From: Moraxellaceae bacterium
GTDB lineage: Bacteria > Pseudomonadota > Gammaproteobacteria > Pseudomonadales > Moraxellaceae
NCBI GenBank assembly: GCA_947373945.1
Contig: CANBZV010000001.1
Location: 1-46,421 of the forward strand
Reading direction: 5' to 3'
DNA: 46,421 nt
A program made the translations under genes and the position numbers. The notes under the pieces were generated by a model, which made no database searches, was not told the origin of the DNA, and was given only the letters and a program-made list of their open reading frames with translations. Within the stretch, counting starts at the first letter, position 1. The number at the start of each line of letters is the position of its first letter. Below, piece by piece: positions 1 to 9,800 of this stretch.

Positions 1-167
1 ATCAACATTTATGGCAGCCAATGTTTGATTTGTTGGTTTTAATGACTAAGCCTGAGCAACAACATTTTGCTGAGCAATTTAAACAACTGTTGCGTGACAA
101 ACCTGATCTACCGACGACTTGGCAATCACTAGCTGAAGAGCGACAGTTAGCGCATTTGTTTGCTTAG
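1..167 (+). CDS. 3' end of a hypothetical protein (truncated by the window edge)
   Basis: Open frame from position 3 (QHLWQPMFDLLVLMTKPEQQHFAEQFKQLLRDKPDLPTTWQSLAEERQLAHLFA) to TAG at 165-167; converges on the Tus-like gene. Confidence 0.6.
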   Translation, partial: QHLWQPMFDLLVLMTKPEQQHFAEQFKQLLRDKPDLPTTWQSLAEERQLAHLFA

Positions 168-189
168 GTTATAAAGATGTAAATAGTTT

Positions 190-270
190 CTTCGACTCCG
201 CTTAGTAAACCCTTTCCTGATTTTGCATAGACATGTTTAGATTTTGCCTGAGCGGTGTGGAAGCCGCTCA
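190..270. repeat. Degenerate REP-like inverted pair / hairpin between convergent genes
   Basis: CTTCGACTCCGCTTAG (190-205) is an imperfect reverse complement of CTGAGCGGTGTGGAAG (248-263). TGAGCGG (249-255) can alternatively pair with CCGCTCA (264-270). Confidence 0.5.
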
Positions 271-290
271 TAATCGTTTGATGAACGTAT

Positions 291-1262
291 TTATTCGTCA
301 ATAACTACTTTGCGATGGGCGGCCATGTTGCGACCGGTTGCACTTAGATTTTCCGCCGCATTAATTGGCTCGTCTTGTGTTTTTTGGGGTGGGCGGATTT
401 GAGCATATAAGCCCAAACTCTCGATGACATTGGCCAGCAAAGCAGAATCCGCTCTTGGCGTTTCTCGTAAATGATCGGCAATATCAAAGTTATCCAGACC
501 ATGTACTCTAGGCATATTTTCAAGGGAATCGGCCACCACAAAAACCGGCAAATTTGCAGGAACGATACGACCGGCATTGCTGGTTTGGCCTTTGTTATAC
601 GCCATGATGCGAGGATGAGGAGCCTTTAGCCAGCGATAAATCAATGGCAAATGATCAGGCACATCCGCGAGTTGTTTACGTTGCAAATCAATCATAATTT
701 GCCATTCCGCAACAGAGAATTGCTCAGGCACACTTAATAATGCACGATCTAACTGTTTGCTAACGTCACTACGGCTAACATGCACGCTGCTTGGTGTTGC
801 TCCTGCCCAAGAAAAATATAAGCACTCAGGGGCAGGTGACCATTGCACCAAATGGCGATAACACTGCAACATCGACACACCGGGCAACGCTTGTCGGGTA
901 AAACGATTGCGCTCGCGCTCGGGAATGGAAAGCATCAACGCTTTTAAGGCATCTTTGCGTTGATTCACCAGCGCAATACCTTTGGATAAATCGTGGGTAA
1001 CGCCGATCCAACCCGGTAGACGATACGCTGTTGCCGGATGTTGATTGGGTAGAAAGTGTAGGGTTTGAAAAGCATGAATGGCTTTTTCAATGGCTGCCTG
1101 TTCGGTTAGATGTTTAACAGCAATATTTGACGGTGCTAAACCGTTAGTATTCACTGCAATTTCAAATACTTCGGCGCACTCAACCTGATTAACCCATTGC
1201 AAGTTAAATTGACCAAGCGCTTCACGTAAGGCATCAAAAGCCTCGCGAATTTCAACAATCAT
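291..1262 (-). CDS. tus: Tus-family DNA replication terminus site-binding protein (divergent)
   Basis: Colinear motif matches to E. coli Tus, aligned by eye from memory: AYRLPGWI~AVRLPGVL, LPGVSMLQCYRHL~LPGLITLNAYRTL, LYFSWAG~LRFGWAN, SRSDVSKQLDRAL~HRDEVLAQLEKSL, SVAEWQ~TREEWQ, MPRVHGLDNFD~VPDVGELLNYD, IESLGLY~IPRLHLY. Likely start is ATG at 1262 with an AAGGA RBS, 1 nt after the upstream TGA; the ORF-track start at 1340 overlaps the upstream gene. Confidence 0.85.
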   Translation of the reverse strand: MIVEIREAFDALREALGQFNLQWVNQVECAEVFEIAVNTNGLAPSNIAVKHLTEQAAIEKAIHAFQTLHFLPNQHPATAYRLPGWIGVTHDLSKGIALVNQRKDALKALMLSIPERERNRFTRQALPGVSMLQCYRHLVQWSPAPECLYFSWAGATPSSVHVSRSDVSKQLDRALLSVPEQFSVAEWQIMIDLQRKQLADVPDHLPLIYRWLKAPHPRIMAYNKGQTSNAGRIVPANLPVFVVADSLENMPRVHGLDNFDIADHLRETPRADSALLANVIESLGLYAQIRPPQKTQDEPINAAENLSATGRNMAAHRKVVIDE

Positions 1263-1263
1263 A

Positions 1264-2967
1264 TCAATCCTTTGCTTCTGGGTTTTGAACACATACCTGA
1301 TTACGACCTTGGAATTTGGCTTGATATAATGCCGTATCACTTGCTTCTATTAGTGTTGAGACCGTTGTAAATGCAGGAAAAGCGGATACACCCGCACTAA
1401 ACGTACAGATACACTCTTGCTCGCCATTTGCATGCCGAATTTTGGCAAACTGTTCGCGTATTTTGTTCATCACACTAACAGCTTCTTCTTGCTTGGTACT
1501 GGCCATAACAACCGCAAATTCTTCGCCGCCATAACGTCCGATAATATCGGTTTTACGCAGGCGTTTACGTAATAATTGCGCCAAACTTTTAATGACACGA
1601 TCACCCATAGGGTGGCCATAGAGGTCATTGACTGATTTAAACTTGTCGATATCCAACATGACTACTGACAACACCTCGCCACTGCGTTGATGGCGTGAAA
1701 TTTCTATTTCTAATTGTAATTTCAGTGCAATGTGGTTTAGTAAACCGGTCATACTGTCTTGGCGAATCAGCTGTCGCAATGCCCGAAAGCGGGCTGCACG
1801 TATAGTAACTGCGGCGATTAACTCATTATTAGTAATGGGTTTTTGTAAAAAATCATCAGCACCGCTTTGCATGGCCGCTAATTGCAATTGACGACCAGAC
1901 TCTGTCGACAAAAAAACAATGGGTAAATCATTAAACTTATTATCTTGCCGAATAACTTGTGCCATTTCTGTGCCATTACAACTTGGCATATAGAGATCAA
2001 GAAGTAACAACTCAGGCTCAAAGTCATTGAGAGTTTCCAATACATCCGCAGGGTCGAGTGCTGTTCTAACATACATATTTGCTTGTGTAAGTACTTCGGC
2101 ATAATGTGCAGCCAGAATATCTTCATCCTCAACAATTAATACTCGAAAGGGCTCATCAGTCGGTGGATAAACCAGCACATCCAGCCGTTCGGCAAGTGCA
2201 GAAAAATCAATAGGTTTGACGTAATAAGCATCAACGCCCGCTCGGACGGCTGCTAAACGACTGTCCCAATCCCAGCGTGAAGAAATCACAACAGTCGGCA
2301 GTTTAATTTGCTGAGCATTATGTTTAAGATCTCTAATGAACTCTGCTCCTGCAAGACCTCCTTCCGAGAGCATAATATCGGCAATCACAGCGGCAGGGGT
2401 GTCAATCTGCAATGCCTTATAGACATCTTGAATAGTCGTAAATGTGCGAATTTCCCAGCCAAAAATATTAAGTTGTACTGCTATTTCTTCGGCGATTGCG
2501 TCATCATCTTCAACGACAAAAATCAGCCGACTAGTTGATGATGATTCTTCTGAAAACAAGGTCGTTGCTTTAGCAGTGACTTCGTTCATGCTTTCAGTAT
2601 TAGTGGTTAAACTTTTAACAGTATTAGCGTCGCTATTCGCAATTTGTTTTAATTCAGTCAAATTCGTGGCAACCTGAACGACTAAATCATCTGACAACGA
2701 CAAGTTATTTTCAATCATGCGCTGGATCACATGCTCTAATTGACGTGCCTTTTGACTTATTTCGTCATAACCAAATGTCCCCGCTGAACCAGCCAGACTA
2801 TGTACCAACCGATGAAAAACATGCCGTACGTCCGACGAGACATTACCCGCTAACAACGATAGCCATGATGACTCTATTTCCATCATGCGCCTGGGTAAGT
2901 TATCGTGGTAGCTCATACGTAGCGCTTTTAGTTTATCCAAACGGTTGGTTGAGCCTGTATCAGTCAT
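1264..2967 (-). CDS. Hpt-REC-REC-GGDEF diguanylate cyclase response regulator
   Basis: Hpt motif VHSLAGSAGTFGY; two receiver domains (IADIML...VKP, LLDLYMP...QKP); intact GGEEF with an RxxD I-site (RKTD). Start ATG at 2967 overlaps the upstream stop (ATGACTGA). Confidence 0.92.
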   Translation of the reverse strand: MTDTGSTNRLDKLKALRMSYHDNLPRRMMEIESSWLSLLAGNVSSDVRHVFHRLVHSLAGSAGTFGYDEISQKARQLEHVIQRMIENNLSLSDDLVVQVATNLTELKQIANSDANTVKSLTTNTESMNEVTAKATTLFSEESSSTSRLIFVVEDDDAIAEEIAVQLNIFGWEIRTFTTIQDVYKALQIDTPAAVIADIMLSEGGLAGAEFIRDLKHNAQQIKLPTVVISSRWDWDSRLAAVRAGVDAYYVKPIDFSALAERLDVLVYPPTDEPFRVLIVEDEDILAAHYAEVLTQANMYVRTALDPADVLETLNDFEPELLLLDLYMPSCNGTEMAQVIRQDNKFNDLPIVFLSTESGRQLQLAAMQSGADDFLQKPITNNELIAAVTIRAARFRALRQLIRQDSMTGLLNHIALKLQLEIEISRHQRSGEVLSVVMLDIDKFKSVNDLYGHPMGDRVIKSLAQLLRKRLRKTDIIGRYGGEEFAVVMASTKQEEAVSVMNKIREQFAKIRHANGEQECICTFSAGVSAFPAFTTVSTLIEASDTALYQAKFQGRNQVCVQNPEAKD

Positions 2968-3343
2968 GTTGACACTCCCGCCAAATACTCCAAACCTGAT
3001 CTGCCAAACCCATTGGGTCAAATGGCTTGGCAATAACGGCTACGGCACCCAACGCTTTAAATTGCGCCACTTCGTGGGGTTGAACTTTAGCTGTAACAAA
3101 AACAATAGGCGTATTAACCAACTGGGGGTTTTTACGCAAATGTTGCAAAGTTGTTGGCCCGTCCATGCCTGGCATCATGACATCCAGCAAAATAATGTCT
3201 GGGGTATAGGTTTCTATTTTAGTTAATGCTTCTTGGCCTGAAGCACACAATTGAATAACCAAACCTTCTTCGTCTTCTAAAGCAAACTCAACAATCGTGC
3301 GGATATCTCTTTCATCATCTACATAAAGCACATTTAACGTCAT
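2960..3343 (-). CDS. Single-domain response regulator (CheY-like)
   Basis: VLYVDDE, ILLDVMMPGMDG, VFVTA and IAKPF receiver motifs; 127 aa; overlaps both neighbours. Confidence 0.93.
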   Translation of the reverse strand: MTLNVLYVDDERDIRTIVEFALEDEEGLVIQLCASGQEALTKIETYTPDIILLDVMMPGMDGPTTLQHLRKNPQLVNTPIVFVTAKVQPHEVAQFKALGAVAVIAKPFDPMGLADQVWSIWRECQHD

Positions 3344-6300
3344 TTCTGTTCTCCATTTGCGTGGTCGATTATTTTCTTGATAGTCGTTAAAAGTTGTTCG
3401 TCGCTAGTTTTCGATTTGGTTAATACGGCAGAAACATGACCTTGTTTAATTAAGTCAGGTTCTTGGCCAGAAAAAATAATGACCTGTGCTTGTTGTTGAT
3501 TGATAGCTTCTAGTAACTCCAACCCCGATCCATCTGGCAAACTCAAATCCAGCAGGACAATGTCGTACTGACACTGCGCCAGTAAAGCACGCGCTTCTGC
3601 TAGTGTATGAGCAGTAGTGTAGTCAGCTATTTCCTCAAGCAACACCCGAGTAACTTGAGTGAAATCAGTATCATCTTCAACGTGCAAAATACGTGGCATC
3701 TTCTCTAAATGCAATGCCACCTTCAGTGAGTAAATTAATTGCTCACGAACAATAGGTTTTTGCAACCAGTCGACAACATTTTCCGCCTCATCCAAAAATG
3801 CACGATTTTCTTGGGCGCGTCCTGATATGACGATGATAGGTAAATTGTGCGATTCGGCCCTATCATGCAACTCACGAATCAAGTGTAAACCGTCCATATC
3901 AGGTAGTATGAGGTCTAGCAATAACGCTCGATAATTATATTTGCCGAGTAGTTGTTGAGCAGCTAATGCAGTAGCGGCAATATCACTTGCAATGCCTTGC
4001 TGACTAAGCATTTCACTCAAAATATGAGCAAAATCTGGATTATCTTCGCAAATTAGTAATTTAGGTTGGCGAGGGTTCGTAATAGCTGTTTCTGTAGTTT
4101 CTACCCATTCTGGAAGCTGGAAGTAAAACTCTGTGCCAACGCCTTCTTCGGTAGTATAGTCAATTTGACCATTATGACGTTCAATAATGGCTTTAGTGAT
4201 GCTCAACCCTAGACCTGTGCCACCTTTGGCGCGAGTATCAGAACTATCTGCTTGCGCAAAGCGCTGAAACAGTTGTTCGCGAAAGGCTTCAGGAATCCCT
4301 GCACCATGATCTTTAATCGCGACACGGAAAAAGTGTTTAGCAGTTGCAGTAATCGTAATGTCGACGACGCCATTCTCAGACGAGTACTTAACAGCATTAG
4401 ATAGCAAGTTGGCAAAAACTTGTAGCAATCGGTGTTCGTCAGCCATGATTGGCGCTTGCGCCAGACGACTATTCATCACAAGACTTACATTGTGCTGTTG
4501 GGCATAACTCTCGTTACTCATTAACGATTGTTTGGCAATAGCTATTAAATCAACAGGTGTCATATTAAAAACGAGAGTTCCTGATTCTATTTTCTCCAGA
4601 TCAAGGATATCGTTAATCAGTAGTGTGAGGCGATCACAATTTCGACTTGCCGTTTCAAGTAACATCCTAGCTTTATCACTCATGCCTGATGAAGCCTTAC
4701 CCAATACTAGTCCCAAAGCACCGCGTATTGATGTTAGTGGTGTACGAAGCTCGTGACTCACCGTAGAGACAAACTCGCTTTTCATTTTATCAATACGTTT
4801 ACGTTCGGTAATGTTGTTGGCTATGCCCATAAAACCAACAATGAGGCCTTGATCGTATTGCGCCGTGACCGTTAATAATACAGGGACATGACTACCGTCT
4901 TTACGCACATAAGTCCATTCATTTTCATCGGCAAAACCTAAACGAGCTTTGGCGACAAACACCTCAAAACCAGGCTCTAGTGGTATGTTTAACTCTTTAG
5001 AAAGGGCATTCGCACGTGCAACTACTTCTTCAGGCAAATGAATAATGGCTGGTGTTGCCTTGCCAACAACTTCACTTGCGCTATAACCTAATAGTGCTTC
5101 CGCGCCTTTATTAAACGTTGTGATAGTGCCATTAAGATCGGCACCAATGATACTGTAATTGGCATAATCCAGAATCGCTTGATTGCGGCGATAGGCTTCA
5201 TGGATTTGTTGCTGTTGCTTGGCGATTTGTTGTTCGTGGTGTTTCCGCTGAGTGATGTCACGAAAAATAGAGCGTGTTGCAAAGGGTTTGCCCTCCACAT
5301 ACTGACAACTGTTTGTACCCTCAACAATGATTTGACTTTTGTCTTTCGCGATAAAAATAACTTCTATTATTTCTTGGCTATCGCCATTCATAACGCGTTG
5401 CAACGCTTCTAAAAACATGGATTGACTATCTGGATGAAGAATATCTATCAGGCGGAGTGATTGTTCATTAATCTCGTGCTCGTTATATTTTAAAGTTCTT
5501 AACCAGGCACGGTTAACATAGAGAATTTTACCATCCAACGCAGTGCTCTGAATAAGATCACTGGCGTTATCAAACAAGTCCTGAAAGCGCATTTCACTAG
5601 CATTTGCAGCAGCCAAGGCTTTTTTCTTATCGGAAATATCACGGCTAATACACAAAAAACCTGTTAATTTTCCTGTGTCATCATGCAAGGCTGTAATAGA
5701 TAAACGAACGGTTAGGTTACTGCCATCTTTGCGAATATAAGTCCATTCCTTTTCTTCAATGACATTTTGGCGTGCTTTGGCAATAAGCATATCAAACGTT
5801 GGCTCAATTGTTTGGCCAAGCTGTCGAGAAAGCTCAGTCGCATATGATTGGACTTCCGTTTTATCATGAAAAATTAGAGGGGTAACTTTGCCAATAATTT
5901 CTTTGGCCTGATAGCCCAACTGTCTTAATGCACCAGCATTACAAGTGAGAATAATGCCATTCAAGTCTGTTGAAATGATGGTTAAATCAGCACTATTAAG
6001 AATAGCCTGTTGCCAACTACTGACATCAAGAATTTTTTTCCTTTCGATATCGGCCTGCTGAATAGCAAAAGCAGACCACCACGCCAGCAATCCAAAAATC
6101 ACCACATTACTTGAAGCGAAGACAGCAAGGCCATATTCAAAGGAGTAAAACTCGTGATTCTGTCCCTGCAATCCAATCCAGCCAATAAGTGGAGGAAGGG
6201 TTACTACCGCAAGCAATAAGCGTCGCGCCAACACCCCCCCTGTATCCATACTGACTAGCAGTCGCATCAACCCAAGGTCAGGCCGCGATAAAACAATCCC

Positions 6301-6888
6301 GCAAGCCATTAAACACAAGGCAATAGCAGTATGTAGTGCCATAGTGCCATAGCCTTGAACAGCGTAAAGGGCAGTGACCCCATATAAATAGCCCAATATG
6401 GCTATAAATGAACTGATGATAACAAACAGAGATAGTCCATTTGCTATACGCCTGCCATCCTTGGTTAGTGTATCCATGTGGAACAGGGCAACAGCAAGCA
6501 ATGACATGTTAACAGACGTCATTATGGCCATTCGTCCTGGATAGCCGTAGCGAGTAAGTGGGTCTTTAAATAACAACTCATCAATGCCCACATTCCAGCC
6601 AAGCATGGTTTCGCAGAAATTAACTACACCTATAATCGCCAGCAAAGTAGCAACGCACTGACTTATCCATTTGGGTGCCGAGGAATGATAAAGTGCTAAA
6701 GATATGCCTGCTAAAATAAAGGAAAGCGCCGTATTTGCCTTCATTGACACTAGATTAGGGGATAGTGACTTGAGTACGGCGATATCAAAACCCCAGCCGC
6801 CAACAAACACAATACCCCCAAGAGCGATACAGAAGATAGCAATTGCTAATGAATATCGTTTGGAGGCTAACGCATACGTCCCTGTCAT
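3340..6888 (-). CDS. Membrane-bound multi-PAS hybrid histidine kinase (TM-PAS x3-HisKA-HATPase-REC-REC)
   Basis: Multiple N-terminal hydrophobic helices, PAS/PAC repeats, H-box SHELRTPL, N-box NLLSNAVKY, G boxes DHGAGI and GGTGLGL, and two C-terminal receiver domains. Confidence 0.93.
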   Translation of the reverse strand: MTGTYALASKRYSLAIAIFCIALGGIVFVGGWGFDIAVLKSLSPNLVSMKANTALSFILAGISLALYHSSAPKWISQCVATLLAIIGVVNFCETMLGWNVGIDELLFKDPLTRYGYPGRMAIMTSVNMSLLAVALFHMDTLTKDGRRIANGLSLFVIISSFIAILGYLYGVTALYAVQGYGTMALHTAIALCLMACGIVLSRPDLGLMRLLVSMDTGGVLARRLLLAVVTLPPLIGWIGLQGQNHEFYSFEYGLAVFASSNVVIFGLLAWWSAFAIQQADIERKKILDVSSWQQAILNSADLTIISTDLNGIILTCNAGALRQLGYQAKEIIGKVTPLIFHDKTEVQSYATELSRQLGQTIEPTFDMLIAKARQNVIEEKEWTYIRKDGSNLTVRLSITALHDDTGKLTGFLCISRDISDKKKALAAANASEMRFQDLFDNASDLIQSTALDGKILYVNRAWLRTLKYNEHEINEQSLRLIDILHPDSQSMFLEALQRVMNGDSQEIIEVIFIAKDKSQIIVEGTNSCQYVEGKPFATRSIFRDITQRKHHEQQIAKQQQQIHEAYRRNQAILDYANYSIIGADLNGTITTFNKGAEALLGYSASEVVGKATPAIIHLPEEVVARANALSKELNIPLEPGFEVFVAKARLGFADENEWTYVRKDGSHVPVLLTVTAQYDQGLIVGFMGIANNITERKRIDKMKSEFVSTVSHELRTPLTSIRGALGLVLGKASSGMSDKARMLLETASRNCDRLTLLINDILDLEKIESGTLVFNMTPVDLIAIAKQSLMSNESYAQQHNVSLVMNSRLAQAPIMADEHRLLQVFANLLSNAVKYSSENGVVDITITATAKHFFRVAIKDHGAGIPEAFREQLFQRFAQADSSDTRAKGGTGLGLSITKAIIERHNGQIDYTTEEGVGTEFYFQLPEWVETTETAITNPRQPKLLICEDNPDFAHILSEMLSQQGIASDIAATALAAQQLLGKYNYRALLLDLILPDMDGLHLIRELHDRAESHNLPIIVISGRAQENRAFLDEAENVVDWLQKPIVREQLIYSLKVALHLEKMPRILHVEDDTDFTQVTRVLLEEIADYTTAHTLAEARALLAQCQYDIVLLDLSLPDGSGLELLEAINQQQAQVIIFSGQEPDLIKQGHVSAVLTKSKTSDEQLLTTIKKIIDHANGEQK

Positions 6889-6898
6889 TATTTATACT

Positions 6899-9800
6899 CT
6901 ACAATCCAATAATTTCTTTAATTACCGTTAGCAAAGAACTATTACTGGTTTTTGACTTAAGTAATACTGCTGTGACTTTTTCTGCGATATCACGATGAGG
7001 TTCGCAACCAGAAAGAATAAGCACCTGTGTATTTTTGTTAATTAAATCCAACAAATCTAAACCAGAACCATCGGGTAAGCTAATATCAATCATCACCATA
7101 TCAAATTGAGCATTTGCTAATGCTTCGCGAGCCTGCGCTAACGTAGTAACAGAGTGATAGTCGGCAATGTTTAAGACGAGCTCCCGCGTGATAGCTATAA
7201 TATCGGCATCATCTTCGACATGTAAAATACTGGGCTTGTGTCCTTGCAATAAAACTTGATGTAAGGCACGCAATAATCGGTCGTGCTCAACTGGTTTTTG
7301 TATCCAGTCTACAACCTTAATGGCATCGCCCAAGAATGCATATTGACCTTCTTCGGCACGTCCAGAAACGACGATAATCGGCAAATCATATAATCGTTCA
7401 TCGGCACGAAGCTGGCTGATCAGTGTCAAACCATCCATATCCGGCAAAGTTAAATCCAGTAATAAGGCACGGTAGGCTTTAGTATCCAGCAACTTCAAAG
7501 CAGCACGGCCAGTCCCCACAATATCGCAAACAATGCCTTCTTGATTTAGGATTTGAGACAGTACTGATGCCGCATCGGCATTGTCTTCACAAATTAATAT
7601 TTTTGGTTTGTTATCACTTACTTCGGTGCGTACCTCTAGCCATTCCGGTAATTCAAAGTAGAATTCCGTCCCAACGCCTTCTTCTGTGTTGTAGGAAATA
7701 TGCCCTCCATGGCGCTCAATGATGGCTTTAGTGATACTGAGTCCTAAACCGGTTCCTCCCTTTGCGCGAGTATCAGAGCTGTCTGCTTGCGCAAAACGCT
7801 GAAATAACTGCTCGCGGAAAGCAGGGGGGATACCCAAACCATGATCCTTAATCCCTACCTTAAAATGGTTGCCCACTTGAATAATCGATAATTCGACAAC
7901 ACTTTGAGGGTGAGAGTATTTGACCGCATTCGATAACAGGTTAGAAAATACCTGCAATAGCCGATGTTCGTCACCCATGATACTGGCACGATCCAGCGTT
8001 GCCGTGATCGCGAGACGAACGTTGTGTTGTAGGGCATAGCCTTCATTGCTGTTTATCGCCTGACTGGCAATCTCAGTCAAATCAGCGGGCTTCATATTAA
8101 AGGCAAGATTGCCTGACTCTATTTTTTCCAAATCCAGGATGTCGTTAATCAATAACGTTAAACGCTCACTGTTCCGACTGGCCGTTTCAATCAGGATTTT
8201 TGCTTTTTCAGACATGCCTGCCGATGCTTTGCCCATGACCAGGCCAAGTGCACCACGGATTGAGGTTAATGGCGTCCTCAACTCATGACTCACTGTAGAG
8301 ACGAATTCACTTTTCATTCGCTCAATACGTTTGCGCTCAGTAATATCAATTGCAATACCCAAAAAGCCCACGATATTTCCTTGTGGGTCTTTTTGAGCCG
8401 TAATCGTTAATTGCACGGGGATTAAATGGCCGTCTTTATGGCGATACATCCATTCAGCTTCTTCAATTTGACCCATGATTGTTTTCGTGAAAAATACGTC
8501 CAGATTCGGCTTGATGGGTCTATTTAACTCAAGCGAAAGTGTTTTGGCTCGGGCAATAACCTCATCAGTATCATGAAAAATAATAGGTGTGGTCTGATTA
8601 ATGACTTCTTCTGCTTTATAACCCAGCATCACTTCCGCACCTTTATTAAACGACAAGATCATGCCATTAGTATCAGTACTAATAATGCTGCAATTTGCGT
8701 TATCCAAAATCGATTGATTTTGAATCAGTGCTGTTTCTAGCTGGATTTTCTGTTCAAGAATATGCTGTTCATGCTGCTTGCGCTGGGTGATATCCCGGAA
8801 AATGCCACGAATGGCAATCACTTTGCCGTTCGCCCATTGGCTATTAATGCTGCCCTCGGCAATAACCAGACTTTGATCTTCGGCAAGAAAAGTCACTTCA
8901 ATGCAGTCAATGACCTCACCCTTAAGTACCCGAGTAATCAAGTCTTGCCAGCACATATATTTGCTGGCAGGAGTGACATCCGACAACGACAGTTGCGTAA
9001 TATCAACTGCCTGATACTTTAAGGTTTCCAGCCATGCACGATTGACATACTGAAAACGGCCATCGGGTGTCATGCTTAATATTAAATCACTGGCACTATC
9101 AAACAAATCACGGAAGCGTGCTTCGCTTTCTTGAGCAGCGGCTTTGGCAGCTTTCTCATGGCTAATATCATTGGCAATACCTAGAAATCCCGTAATGTCG
9201 CCATCATCGTCACGTAGGGCGTTCACCGTTAGCATCACCGGAATTCGGCTACCATCTTTACGTACATAAGTACACTCAAACTCATCGCTTTCACCCATAC
9301 GGGCACGGCCAATAAACCCATCTAAATCAGATGACACAGGCAGTTTAAGTTTATCTGTACGTGCCTTCATTTCGTCTGAGTCAAGATAGATAGCAGGAGT
9401 CGCTTTGCCAATAATTTCATCTGCGCGATAACCGAGCATGTTTTGAGAGGCTTTGTTAAACGACTGGATCATACCGGCGTTATCGCAAGTGATAATGCTG
9501 TAGTTAGCATTGTCCACAATAGACTGATTTTGGCGGTTAGCTTCTTTAAGCGCTTTTTCAATGGTTTTAAATGCACTGACATTGTGAATCAAACACGTAA
9601 ACAGGGTATTGCTACCAATTTGCATTGGACTAATTGTTAACTCGGCAGGGAACACTGAACCATCTTCGCGGATTGCATTAATTGTATGAACTTGATCATT
9701 TGTTTTTTTGCTGATCGCTAATTCGGGCAATATGTGCTCTAAAGAGGGCGATGTAAGCACCAGTTGGCTGATAGGAAGTCCAAGCAAATCAGCACGTTGA

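Noticed and set aside
1263-1340. ORF-track start of the Tus-like gene at 1340
   Set aside because: Overlaps the cyclase gene by 77 bp; Tus similarity and an RBS point to ATG at 1262.
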